Assembly: GCA_019358915.1 (NCBI GenBank)
Contig: JAHHIM010000017.1
Coordinates: 24,107 to 88,106 of the forward strand
Origin: Trichormus sp. ATA11-4-KO1
GTDB lineage: Bacteria > Cyanobacteriota > Cyanobacteriia > Cyanobacteriales > Nostocaceae
Direction: 5' to 3'
Length of the DNA stretch: 64,000 nt
Shown here in pieces: positions 1 to 10,354 of the stretch (positions are counted from its first letter, which is position 1; each line of letters starts with the position of its first letter). The notes below the pieces were generated by a model. The model was not told the DNA's origin, made no database searches, and saw only the letters and a list, made by a program, of their open reading frames with translations. The position numbers and the translations under genes are program-made.

Positions 1-835
1 CGGGGAAAGCAATCATGGTAACTTCGTCGATTTCAAAGATACCTTGCATCCCGGTGCGATCGTCTCGTACCCCTTGCACATCTCTAGGGAAGCGTTCGGG
101 AGTAGAAACCACTGGTGGAGGGCTAACTTCATACATCCCATTGGCTGGACGACGGGAAAGTGGTTGTCCTGGTGTTTCCAAGTCAACTGCATCCACAAAT
201 GTAGACTCTTGGATAGCTGTCACCGCATAGGTACCAGCCTCTGCTGCGACTTGGGGATTCATCGATAGGTGGTCGTACTCTTCCAGAATTTCTCCATCCC
301 GGCTAATCACGACTTTGAAGAATTCACCTGTGTTTAGGGGTGGTTCGGCTTCGGGGTTTTCTGGTGGACGAGGTTCGCTTTCTAGAATTGAAACATTAAT
401 TCTTCCCTCTTCCCCAGTTTGATTATCTTCTCCATCTGCAACAGGTTTGAGAGCCAACTGCAAAGAAGGACGATTTCCCGTAGTGCGAATTTTTAAGGCA
501 GTTTCTTCTGGGGGAGGAGGAGGTGTTCCTGGACGTTTAGTGCCAATGCTAGCTACCCAACAGCGTCCACCGCCATTGAGAAACCAACCGTTGACGGCAA
601 AGGGTAAATAAGCATCAAAATCTGTGTAACCATCGGAACCTTGTTTCGCAAAGTATTCCAGGTACTCATTCCACGATGTTACCAACATCGGTTTAAATAA
701 TGCAGCATCACCTCGTACATCTTCGGTAAAGCCGATAAATCCAGCGATATTTGTACTCACACCCTCAATTGGGCGACTACCTCGATCTACTTCTTCGACG
801 TAGACACCAGGCGCAAAGTAATCTAATCTAGGCAT
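1..835 (-). CDS. Contractile tail sheath protein of an eCIS/tCIS (5' part; runs off the window edge)
   Basis: Absent from the ORF track. Manual translation from ATG 835 gives MPRLDYFAPGVYVEEVDRGSRPIEGVSTNIAGFIGFT..., the PGVYVEE...I.GV.T..AGFIG N-terminus typical of sheath proteins; the frame stays open to position 2. Confidence 0.92.
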   Translation of the reverse strand, partial: MPRLDYFAPGVYVEEVDRGSRPIEGVSTNIAGFIGFTEDVRGDAALFKPMLVTSWNEYLEYFAKQGSDGYTDFDAYLPFAVNGWFLNGGGRCWVASIGTKRPGTPPPPPEETALKIRTTGNRPSLQLALKPVADGEDNQTGEEGRINVSILESEPRPPENPEAEPPLNTGEFFKVVISRDGEILEEYDHLSMNPQVAAEAGTYAVTAIQESTFVDAVDLETPGQPLSRRPANGMYEVSPPPVVSTPERFPRDVQGVRDDRTGMQGIFEIDEVTMIAFP

Positions 836-899
836 AATGCTTGGTTTTCCTGTATTTGCTGAATAACAGTCCCTAGCCCTCTAAACCTCAACCAATGGC

Positions 900-1433
900 T
901 TAGTTGATTTTGAGCAAAACTTCTTCATTGGTCTTGTTAAAAGTAGTGCTTTGCAGGTTTAGGGGAATTGTCAAAGTTACATACAAAGCTGGACGTAATG
1001 GCACACCCAGGGCACTCCACAAAGCAGCAGCATCAATAGGATGAACCGCAGAAACGGTCATCGACAATTCGCCATGACCGCGCAGTGCTGGAGCCAGCAC
1101 CTCCTCTCGTAGCGAGTGGTGATGCAATAGTAGTATCAATGCCTCTGACAGCAGACGTTGTTCACCCAAACTGGTGAAGTCCCAGGCGCTGACCAAGAAT
1201 GACACATCAAACCACTTGGGTGATGCTAGCCTCGGTTTCCCCTGCTTAATTGATTGCCGACAGCCGGATTGCTGTATATAAACATTTTCCCGGATGTTGT
1301 AACAGTACAAGTTCAGTCTGGGATTTACATTCTGCCCCACACCAGGGTGGTCGAAATCGATTTGCTCTGTACTGAGCAGGGAAATCCCGCTAACTAAAAT
1401 TTCTGCTAAAGTCTGGGTAGCAGCTGGGATCAT
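900..1433 (-). CDS. Pvc16/DUF4255 family CIS protein (short form)
   Basis: Motifs LNLYCYNIREN, FLVSAW..EQRLLSEAL and WSALGVPLRPALYV; lies directly upstream of the sheath gene. ATG 1433 preferred over the 1442 start. Confidence 0.85.
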   Translation of the reverse strand: MIPAATQTLAEILVSGISLLSTEQIDFDHPGVGQNVNPRLNLYCYNIRENVYIQQSGCRQSIKQGKPRLASPKWFDVSFLVSAWDFTSLGEQRLLSEALILLLHHHSLREEVLAPALRGHGELSMTVSAVHPIDAAALWSALGVPLRPALYVTLTIPLNLQSTTFNKTNEEVLLKIN

Positions 1434-1975
1434 AAGACACAACAGCAGGGTTCCTTAAATACTCCCTTCATCAGTTGGAAAAGTATATTTATTACCACCA
1501 AACTGAATATACGGAGGTTTGGGCGTCCTACCAGAGTTCCTGATGCAGGTAGCAAGGAATATAGCCGTAGTCACATAAGTGAGGACAGTATTGATGCCAG
1601 AGAACAATGAAGCAACTGGGTTGATACTCAGCACTCAGCACTTTGCCATAACTACTGTGCTACCTACTTCTATGGGAAGGCGGAAGGTATACATTACAGC
1701 ACGAAATAAACCTTTGAATGAGGCTTTTAAGTTGGATTTGCCACTTTTGGGCTAGCTATTCATAAGCTTAGAGATCCAGCCAGCTAGTGGTTATTAGACT
1801 TTGGTCGATATTCTAAAATAATTGTTGCAATTGGGGAAATTGTGAACCTGTGGATGTAAGCTAATTTTGTCCTTATTTATACAGTAAGAAGCAGCATCTT
1901 CGCAGGTAAACAATACTTAAAAGCTTGTAGCATCTGCAACGCTTCTGACTGTGCGAGTATGCCGGAGAGTAGAAG

Positions 1976-3142
1976 ATGAAGGTTGTTACTCAAAATTTGA
2001 CTGCTCAAGAAACCTTACCTTCGTCCACGAACAATTCACCAACTCAGTTGTCGCCAGCTGATATTAGTGGAATTTGCCAACTCATTGTGCAACAGTTAGC
2101 AGGTTTAATGCCGACTGTGGCTGTCTGGACGGTATATCAAAACCTAGATACCAGAAAGCGGCAATTAATATCAGAACATATACAAGAGCAAATGCCTGGC
2201 AAACATGGCATAACATCTGGGCAATCACATCTTGATGTTGCATCTCTGCAAGCAGAAAACTGGTTAATTGAAGATTTACCTATTCTTAAAATTACTCAAT
2301 TAAGCATACCAGAAAAATATTATGCTTATGTTTGCTGTGTGGGTGAGCAGAATTCTCTAGCGGCCGAATATGTATTTATTTGCACTTATGAGCCGCTTTC
2401 ACCTATTCATCAACAAATGCTGCTGAATAATGCTCAGATCCTGAGTGAATATCTAGCTATGTATAAAGAGCGATCGCGCCATCTAGCAGAAATTGCTACT
2501 TTATCTCAAACACTAGGACGCGCAGAACATCAACTACGCAATCCCTTAGCATTAATTAATCTATATGCAGAAACTCTCCGCTTGGCTTTGCCAGATGGCT
2601 GTTTGCAAGAACAAGCAATACTAATTCGCCAGACAGTAGATGAACTCAGTGCCAAATTAACCGATTTACTTTATCGCGGGCAACAGGCTATATCTCAGAT
2701 TAAGCAGCACAATTTACAAACAATTATTGCAGAAAGTATTAAAGCTTTACAACCTTGGTTGCAGCAAAAACACATGCAAATTCACTATCCCGATAAACCT
2801 GTAAATGTCACAGTTGATAGCTGGCAAATGAAACAAGTGTTTGATAATTTATTAACAAATGCTGTGTATTTTAGCCCAGAAGGTGGGACAGTGATTTGTA
2901 ATTGGCATATATATCATCATGAAGTGTTAGTGGAGATTTGCGATCGCGGTTCCGGAATTTCCGAATCCGACTTGAAGCTAATATTCACGCCATATTATTC
3001 TCGACGTTTAGGGGGTACCGGCCTAGGATTAGCGATCGCTCAAAAAATCATTCTCGACCATCAAGGTAATTTGTGGGCAGAAAATATCCCTGAAGGTGGC
3101 GCTCAATTCTCCTTTACCCTACCCATAAACAGGCAAAGGTAA
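1976..3142 (+). CDS. Soluble sensor histidine kinase
   Basis: H-box EHQLRNPL, N-box NLLTNA, G1 DRGSGI, G2 GTGLGL; no obvious TM helix. Confidence 0.92.
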   Translation: MKVVTQNLTAQETLPSSTNNSPTQLSPADISGICQLIVQQLAGLMPTVAVWTVYQNLDTRKRQLISEHIQEQMPGKHGITSGQSHLDVASLQAENWLIEDLPILKITQLSIPEKYYAYVCCVGEQNSLAAEYVFICTYEPLSPIHQQMLLNNAQILSEYLAMYKERSRHLAEIATLSQTLGRAEHQLRNPLALINLYAETLRLALPDGCLQEQAILIRQTVDELSAKLTDLLYRGQQAISQIKQHNLQTIIAESIKALQPWLQQKHMQIHYPDKPVNVTVDSWQMKQVFDNLLTNAVYFSPEGGTVICNWHIYHHEVLVEICDRGSGISESDLKLIFTPYYSRRLGGTGLGLAIAQKIILDHQGNLWAENIPEGGAQFSFTLPINRQR

Positions 3143-3209
3143 AACTACTGAGTACTCTTCTGACTCAGCACTCAGGAAGCAAGCACTTTTATATACCAGG
3201 GAGACTACC

Positions 3210-3893
3210 ATGAACGCCAAAAAAGAACCAATTTCCATTTTGCTTGTAGATGATGAACCGCACTTTCGCCAAGGCATCCGCACCTTATTAAACTTTTATA
3301 ACAATAGCAGTAGTGTCGGCTTAGACGTTGTAGGTGAAGCAGCTTCGGTTGAGCAAGCCCTGAAGTTAACCACTGAACAACACCCTGCTTTAATTTTACT
3401 GGATTTAGAATTGCCTCCAGAAGATGGAATTACAGCATTACTGCGTCTGGGAGAATTATCCTATAACGGCAAAGTGCTAATTTTATCAGCACATCAACAA
3501 GACGATTGGGTATTTCGGGCTATGCAAGCTGGCGCTTGGGGTTACGTATTTAAAGACCAATTAGCCACCCAATTATGCGAAGCTATTACCACTGTAATTA
3601 ATAACAAAGTTTATTTACCAGCAGAAGTAGCCACGGCCTTTTTTCGGTTATTTCACTACTACACAGGACATTCCCTGGCGGCGGCTGGTACAAGCATTCA
3701 CTTAACCGAACGAGAGCGAGAAGTATTAAACTGGTTAGTCCAAGGAGCTTCTAACGAACAAATTGCCGGACATTTATTTATTACCGTCGCCACCGTCAAA
3801 GCTCACTTAACAGCCATCTTTGAAAAATTAAGTGTCACCAGTCGCACTCAGGCGATTGTCAAAGCCTTAAAGTTAGGTTTAGTTTGTCCTTAG
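3210..3893 (+). CDS. NarL/FixJ family response regulator (REC + LuxR HTH)
   Basis: LLVDD, ILLDL receiver motifs; LTEREREVL...TVKAHLTAIFEKL HTH. Confidence 0.95.
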   Translation: MNAKKEPISILLVDDEPHFRQGIRTLLNFYNNSSSVGLDVVGEAASVEQALKLTTEQHPALILLDLELPPEDGITALLRLGELSYNGKVLILSAHQQDDWVFRAMQAGAWGYVFKDQLATQLCEAITTVINNKVYLPAEVATAFFRLFHYYTGHSLAAAGTSIHLTEREREVLNWLVQGASNEQIAGHLFITVATVKAHLTAIFEKLSVTSRTQAIVKALKLGLVCP

Positions 3894-3895
3894 TA

Positions 3896-3950
3896 AGTGC
3901 TGAGTGCTGAGTGCGCTTGCCCTGAGCGAAGCCGAAGGGGAGTGCTGAGT
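3896..3950. repeat. STRR (GTGCTGA)n-flanked REP-like unit GCTTGCCCTGAGCGAAGCCGAAGGGG
   Basis: Near-identical units at about 53480-53533 (inverted) and 54677-54744. Confidence 0.8.
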
Positions 3951-3963
3951 GGGAGACAAAAGG

Positions 3964-3991
3964 AATGACTAATGACTAATGACTAATGACT
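3964..3991. repeat. STRR heptamer (AATGACT)x4 abutting a start codon
   Basis: Four exact tandem copies; STRR heptamers are typical of Nostocales. Confidence 0.85.
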
Positions 3992-3992
3992 A

Positions 3993-5258
3993 ATGAGTAA
4001 TTATTTAGCCATTGCTACTGTGACTGCAACTCTACAAAGAAGCTTGCAAGCTAGTGTACAACTCGATGTGGACGGTGCGAGGGTGACTACTGTTAGACCC
4101 GATCGCTTGAATAGTGGTGCGCCGGAAGTTGGAGTTAATTTGTATCTTTACGATATTTTGCTGAATCCGGCTTGGCGCAGTGCTGACTTACGTCAACGCC
4201 ACTCATCGGAGGAGAAATATACTAAGCGATCGCAAACAGGTTTGGATCTCTACTACTTATTGAGTTGTTACGGTAACGATGTGGAATTGGAACCCCAGCG
4301 CCTGATGGGTAGTGTTGTCCGCACCTTGAATAGCAAAACGCTTGTTACCCAAGAGATGATTCGGGAAACAGTAACAGACTCAACTTTTACCTTTTTGGCA
4401 GATTCTAACCTTGCTGATCAAGCTGAGGCGATCGTGATTTCTCCCGTTGATTTGAATGTAGAAGAAATATCCAAAATTTGGACTGTATTTTTCCAGACTT
4501 CTTACTCGTTGTCCATAGCTTATAAAGTGAGTGTCGTCTTAATCGACAGTGGCGATATACCCCAGAAACCTTTACCTGTACGCAATCTTCAGCGTCATGT
4601 CACACCATATCAACCTGCGATCGCCCAAATCAAGGTAGTAGAAGAACTATCTAAAATTTGGCAAACTCAACTAGCAACAACACCCTTAATTTTGGCTACC
4701 AGCACCTTACTAATTCAAGGTAACAGGTTAAGTGCAGACATTACCCAAGTCAGTATCGGTAATGTCAAGGTAGTTCCACAAACAGTAACCGATAGACAAA
4801 TTACTTTGGATCTTTCCTCCATACCTATAGAGTCTCTACGGGCTGGTGTCCAAAGTTTACAGGTAATTCATCCTCATCAACATGTAATTTCTAACATTTT
4901 ACCCATCGTGTTGCGTCCAACCATCGAGGAAGTTACCGTGTCTAATTTGCAAGGGAGGGGTAATGATACGCGAACTGCTGATGTCACTGTCCTAGTCAAT
5001 TTCACTATTGATAAAGCCCAACAGGTAACTTTGATCCTGACTGAACTTTCACTTGTACAATTTTCAGGATACTCCTGCGATCGCACCAAGAATCGCCGGG
5101 CTAATTCTCATGCAATTACCTTTACAGTTACCGATTGTTTACCAGGGACTTATTTAGTACGTCTGGTAGTAGATGGGGCTGAAAGTTTACTCACAGTTGA
5201 TCAAGATCCGAATAGCCCAACATTTGAGCAGTATATTGCACCTGTTGTGGTGTTTTGA
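3993..5258 (+). CDS. Pvc16/DUF4255 family CIS protein (long form with C-terminal Ig-like/beta domains)
   Basis: MSNYLAIATVTATL, VNLYLY...NPAWR, LDLYYLLS.YG, EEISKIWTVF; beta-rich C-terminus ending YLVRLVVDGAES. Confidence 0.85.
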   Translation: MSNYLAIATVTATLQRSLQASVQLDVDGARVTTVRPDRLNSGAPEVGVNLYLYDILLNPAWRSADLRQRHSSEEKYTKRSQTGLDLYYLLSCYGNDVELEPQRLMGSVVRTLNSKTLVTQEMIRETVTDSTFTFLADSNLADQAEAIVISPVDLNVEEISKIWTVFFQTSYSLSIAYKVSVVLIDSGDIPQKPLPVRNLQRHVTPYQPAIAQIKVVEELSKIWQTQLATTPLILATSTLLIQGNRLSADITQVSIGNVKVVPQTVTDRQITLDLSSIPIESLRAGVQSLQVIHPHQHVISNILPIVLRPTIEEVTVSNLQGRGNDTRTADVTVLVNFTIDKAQQVTLILTELSLVQFSGYSCDRTKNRRANSHAITFTVTDCLPGTYLVRLVVDGAESLLTVDQDPNSPTFEQYIAPVVVF

Positions 5259-5485
5259 TGATTAGCAAGAAAAAGGGAAAACAACTAACCTGAACTTCCC
5301 CGATTGACAAAAGTCGAATACAATTGTACGAATGATGTATAAGCCATCTAAAGCCGCTTCTGATGCGATTTTTTGTATATCTCTTTTCATTAATTCGTAG
5401 CGAATTCTTTGCGTACCTCTGCGCCTCTTTGCATTTAACTTTCAACCCTCAATTCGCCACGATAGCTCTGTTTCTCCTAAACAAA

Positions 5486-5520
5486 AATTCCCGTCGTCAT
5501 TAACAGTAACAACGGGAGTT
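5486..5520. terminator. Probable bidirectional terminator between convergent genes
   Basis: Imperfect hairpin AATTCCCGT...ACGGGAGTT. Confidence 0.45.
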
Positions 5521-5538
5521 AATCAAATTTATGATTAA

Positions 5539-6903
5539 TTATCGAGAAGCGACTTGTGGGCTTGCCCAAACTTGTGTAACTTTCTTACCGAAAGTAATAG
5601 GCTGGTCTGTGTCTGTGGTATTTAGAGTTTTACCATCACTAGCAACTTGCACTAAAGGCCAGTCTTCCTCTCCCATTTCACCTGCACGAAACAGTGCATG
5701 ATCTGGTTGGTTTTTACTCCAACCTAACAAAACTGCTATTTTTTCATGCTCGTGTTCTTCACGAGCAGGCGCAACAGTGTTAATGTGATTTCTTTGCCGA
5801 TCCCAAATCACTGCTTGATCTGTAGAATCACCTGTATTAAACTTCCCTTCAAACTTACGTGCCAAGAAGCGATCGCTTTTTTCCGACCAGCTTACAGGAA
5901 CTAAAACCCCAATTCTACCATTCCTATCTGTATCGACTGGTTCTGGCGATGCCAGGTTTGTGTTTAATAAAGGATCGCTCAGAGGCGCAGTTGAAGCCAT
6001 CACCCGCAACTTTTTAGTTTGCGTATCTTCCACAAACATCACACTGGTAACTTTGCTGTTATACATTTCGGGTCTTACTTCTAGTTGCACCCTGCTGTAA
6101 ACAACATACCTACCATCAGGAGAAATCACAGGTACACTGCGATAGTGGCGCACTCCCGAACCACCATTAGCACTAATAGCTTCTTGAGTGGCGACTATCC
6201 ACTCCCAAGGAATTGGATGAGGACTACCTATAGGATCTACTTGTGCTACTTGCGCCTCATCTAGTTCTTCAACAGCAGGTATTTCCGTTGTTGAGTTTGG
6301 TTGTAATTTGATCGGAGTGACTGTCAATGATTTAGCCGTGGACATTTCCCTCGAGAGCAAATTCTCTTTCTTTGGCAACGACTGAATGTGAGCAATTTTA
6401 AATTTTTGCGCTAAATTCGATTTACTCACAGATACCTGTGGAATTGGTGCGAGTTCGACTGCGGCTAATGCATCAGCAGCACCTACATCGCTGCTGGAGA
6501 GAAAATCATCTATTACCAAAGACTCAATTTTGTCCGCTTTTAATATTGACGGTTCCCCAATAGTAGCCATTGCCAATGGCACAGACTCAGTTTCTCCGGT
6601 TATAGAATTTATGGGAGATGTTTTTAATATTTCAACTAAATCAGATTCACTAATAGTAGCTGTTTCCTCTGATACAGAATTAAATTCTTCTGTTTCCGAA
6701 CTTACTTTTGCTACTACTTTTGATTGTTTTGCTGAGGTAGAGTGACCTGATGTCGCAACTAAGGGGGCGATTAGCATCACAACAACAACATAATTGAGAA
6801 ATGGTTGAAGGCGGAACCATCCTGACAGCAAGAAGAGTTTGAGCATGAGTAGACTCTCTAGGGGAGGGCGGGTGCTGTGTGAAGAGCAATGCCGATGGAG
6901 CAA
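5539..6903 (-). CDS. Exported hypothetical protein with TolB-like C-terminal region (true start probably downstream)
   Basis: Hydrophobic N-terminal segment, low-complexity linker, then SPDGRYVVYSR and PVSWS motifs. Confidence 0.7.
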   Translation of the reverse strand: MLHRHCSSHSTRPPLESLLMLKLFLLSGWFRLQPFLNYVVVVMLIAPLVATSGHSTSAKQSKVVAKVSSETEEFNSVSEETATISESDLVEILKTSPINSITGETESVPLAMATIGEPSILKADKIESLVIDDFLSSSDVGAADALAAVELAPIPQVSVSKSNLAQKFKIAHIQSLPKKENLLSREMSTAKSLTVTPIKLQPNSTTEIPAVEELDEAQVAQVDPIGSPHPIPWEWIVATQEAISANGGSGVRHYRSVPVISPDGRYVVYSRVQLEVRPEMYNSKVTSVMFVEDTQTKKLRVMASTAPLSDPLLNTNLASPEPVDTDRNGRIGVLVPVSWSEKSDRFLARKFEGKFNTGDSTDQAVIWDRQRNHINTVAPAREEHEHEKIAVLLGWSKNQPDHALFRAGEMGEEDWPLVQVASDGKTLNTTDTDQPITFGKKVTQVWASPQVASR

Positions 6904-7843
6904 GGGAGCAGGCGATAATTACAGGTATAACAACAAACTCAAAGATTTAATGCGTAAAACCAGATAATTTCTTTAAAGTTTGCAGAGTTTTACAAAAATT
7001 TAGTGTCATTATTCACACCTCATTCATGAAAAATTGTTGGTTTTTGCAGAAAGTTTGCCTACACAACACCCATGCAGATTAACTAAACAGTTACTGCATA
7101 AAGTAGACTGTGGCTGCCGCCCCACCCGTCCGCACCAGACAACTAGTAATAGGTGAATAGAGTATTAACACCTATTATGTAGGCTAAAGATACTGGCAGC
7201 ACAGAGGCAGAGCCGAATACTGGTCTGTTGGGAGGCTATTAGCAAGGGCTAAACCACAGGAGGTTTCACTATTGATTCCTGCTACAACAGTGCAGACCCT
7301 GATAACGGTAGAAGTGAGGCGTTACTTTAAAAGTTGGGAAAAGACGACGCACAATTTATAATACTAAAAAAACACTGTTAGCATCCATCCTCAGGCAGAA
7401 AATGCCATCTCGACTTGAAAAATTGCGCGATCGCAATCAAATTTGAGAAACACAACTACACTTGTAGCCGAATACAGGGGAAAAAGTTCTCCAAAAGGTT
7501 TACTGAGTAGACTGAAAATGGCTTGCTGTTAGACATAGCCAAATAGAACCGCTAGCACTTAGTGCAGTTGATATCAGCTTATTAGCTTGTCAACTTATTA
7601 TTAAGTTTATCAAGCAACCCTGGTTTTCGCCAATATGACACCACCTTAACATCAAAAAAATTCGTTTTGCACTATCTTATGCAAAAAGACTGGGTAATGG
7701 AGATTAGAGACTGAGGCATGAGAACAATTCTTCCTCCCCTACTCCCTTGAAAAAGTGCTGAGTGAGTAAAATATGCTGGTCTCTAGCGTCTCTTGTTCAT
7801 TCCTCCTAGTGTGCGTAGTTCATGACAACTACTTAAATAACTG

Positions 7844-8857
7844 ATGAAAATAGTATTCTTCGGGACTCCTCAATTTGCTGTCCCTACCCTAGAAAAATTA
7901 CTGAATCAACCAGATGTTGAAGTTTTGGCAGTTGTTACTCAACCTGATAAACGTCGGGAACGAGGTAACAAACTTATCCCTTCACCTGTAAAAACCGTTG
8001 CTCTTAATCATAACTTGCCTGTGTGGCAACCCCAACGAGTTAAAAAGGATACTGAAACTTTAGTCCAACTTCAACAATGTGATACAGATGTGTTTGTCGT
8101 TGTCGCCTATGGACAGATTTTGTCACAAACAATTTTGGATATGCCAAAGTTGGGTTGCATTAATGTACATGGCTCGATTTTACCCAAATATCGTGGTGCA
8201 GCACCGATTCAGTGGTGTCTGTACAACGGTGAGAAAGAAACGGGGATCACCACAATGTTAATGGATGCAGGGATGGATACTGGGGCAATGTTATTGAAAG
8301 CAACTACATCCATTGGCTTGCTAGATAATGCTCAAGATTTAGCCGAGAGGTTATCAGTAATTGGTGGAGATTTATTAATAGAAACTTTATTTAAGTGGGA
8401 AAATCAAGAAATTGAACCAGTTCCTCAAGATGATGCGGTAGCAACTTATGCACCTTTGATTCAAAAGCAAGATTATAGATTGGATTGGTCAAAGAGTGTT
8501 ATGCAATTACATAATCAAATCAGAGGCTTTTATCCGAACTGCACGACTAGCTTTCGTAACCAAACGCTGAAAATCACTGCTTCTATTCCCCTTGGCAATG
8601 CTTGTGGTTACGCGCTAACACCTGAATTACAGGAACTATACCAAAAATTGCCTGATTTATCAAATATATCAGGTAACCCAGGAGAAGTAATCAGCATTGC
8701 CAAAGGGATGGGCGCGATCGCTCAAACTGGTGAAGGTTTGTTGCTATTACGAGAGGTGCAGCTAGCTGGCAAACGTCCCCAGTCGGGATGGGATTTTGTT
8801 AATGGGAACCGTTTAACTGTGGGAGAAGTGTTAGGAAATGGAAACTTAGGGCGCTAA
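7844..8857 (+). CDS. fmt: Methionyl-tRNA formyltransferase
   Basis: [39 protein letters not shown]. Confidence 0.98.
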   Translation: MKIVFFGTPQFAVPTLEKLLNQPDVEVLAVVTQPDKRRERGNKLIPSPVKTVALNHNLPVWQPQRVKKDTETLVQLQQCDTDVFVVVAYGQILSQTILDMPKLGCINVHGSILPKYRGAAPIQWCLYNGEKETGITTMLMDAGMDTGAMLLKATTSIGLLDNAQDLAERLSVIGGDLLIETLFKWENQEIEPVPQDDAVATYAPLIQKQDYRLDWSKSVMQLHNQIRGFYPNCTTSFRNQTLKITASIPLGNACGYALTPELQELYQKLPDLSNISGNPGEVISIAKGMGAIAQTGEGLLLLREVQLAGKRPQSGWDFVNGNRLTVGEVLGNGNLGR

Positions 8858-8863
8858 TAACTT

Positions 8864-9229
8864 CTAACTTTTGACCTCTAATTTTTCATAGAAACGGCAA
8901 GACTCACAAGGCCCATCTGGATTGACAGCACAGCGCATAATTTCCGAATGAGCATTATAGCTACATGTAGCATCACCAATTACCCAACGTCCCTTGACTA
9001 AAGTTTTTTCTGCTGGTCTTTTAGCTGACTGTACATAAAGGGCTATATTGTGCAAGTGGTAATGCCCTGATTTAAGTTGGTATCTGTGGCGGCGTTCTAA
9101 AACCGCATAGGTTTTACCTTCAAAATCGACGTAGTTTCCTGGTTGAGGCGTCCAATCGAGTTGGACTCTACCAAGGGTCTGACTCGGATGCGTCAGAATT
9201 ACCTCGGTTGGTAAAGAGTCTGGCTCCAT
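8864..9229 (-). CDS. Conserved cyanobacterial protein (DUF6464-like, C-terminal Cys motif)
   Basis: IGDATCSYNAHSEIMRCAVNPDGPCESC. Confidence 0.75.
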   Translation of the reverse strand: MEPDSLPTEVILTHPSQTLGRVQLDWTPQPGNYVDFEGKTYAVLERRHRYQLKSGHYHLHNIALYVQSAKRPAEKTLVKGRWVIGDATCSYNAHSEIMRCAVNPDGPCESCRFYEKLEVKS

Positions 9230-9282
9230 AAGCTTATGTTATGTGATTGACATTATCAAAATGGTATCGCAGTAGGAGTGTG

Positions 9283-9459
9283 TCACGATGCCAGTCTTTT
9301 TCTCAGCTCTGCTTCTAGCTGTTCTTCAGTGCTGACTACTACCCGCCCCGGTTTGGCTCTAATGATGCTGAGGAAATGCTGAAATGCTGCTTCATCTTGG
9401 GGATGCGCTTTGACGTATTCCCTTAGCTCTTTCTCTGACAAATTTAAATAGTCACTCAT
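9283..9459 (-). CDS. Small protein, DUF6887-like (58 aa)
   Basis: Manual translation MSDYLNLSEKELREYVKAHPQDEAAFQHFLSIIRAKPG...; below the ORF-track cutoff; ATGA overlap with the upstream gene. Confidence 0.7.
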   Translation of the reverse strand: MSDYLNLSEKELREYVKAHPQDEAAFQHFLSIIRAKPGRVVVSTEEQLEAELRKRLAS

Positions 9460-9632
9460 CCGATAATCTCCTCCCCATTACTCAATATTTCTACCTCAAT
9501 TGTTTCACCTATCAAAACCACGATTCTGTTTGTTCTTTCATCAAATCTAACCAATTCTATATTCCTTAGCAGGTTACTGGTGCGAACGCACAAATGAAAA
9601 AAGGCTTTGAGTTGGTCTATGGTCGGTTCCAT
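9456..9632 (-). CDS. Small protein, DUF6888-like (58 aa)
   Basis: Manual translation MEPTIDQLKAFFHLCVRTSNLLRNIELVRFDERTNRIVVLIGETIEVEILSNGEEIIG; AGGA RBS upstream. Confidence 0.7.
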   Translation of the reverse strand: MEPTIDQLKAFFHLCVRTSNLLRNIELVRFDERTNRIVVLIGETIEVEILSNGEEIIG

Positions 9633-9823
9633 TATTTCCTAAAGCCTTACATCATAGCAAATTTTACCGACTCACGTATCATACCCATGTTGCTCATTGA
9701 TGAGGACAAGAGAGAGATTTCGCAAATACAAATTTTCTAGAGTGCCTATTACATTGTTTAAAGTTATGTAGCCTTTTGAGTACGGACTATAAGCTACTGC
9801 GGTAAACTATGCCTTGATTATGA

Positions 9824-10111
<288 letters not shown>

Positions 10112-10354
10112 GGAATTGACGCTAAATTCCTGATTTGGTTCACAATTTAGTGTTTCCATAGCAAGCTGCTTTAGCATTGTAGGGTGGGTTCTACTCACCC
10201 TACTCAAACTTTTTTTTAGTGTAAAAGCTCAAAAATTATCACCATACTTAGTCGCATCGGGAGCAATTTGCTCCTTTTTTCTTGATGAAAATGTCGTTTT
10301 TATCTAGGCAACTATACTAGATTTAATTATCCTCAAAGCAAAGTGGTGTGAGTA

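Noticed and set aside
10112..10354. glmS ribozyme upstream of glmS
   Set aside because: No recognisable ribozyme core; the spacer holds only terminator-like hairpins, and the ribozyme is mainly found in Firmicutes.
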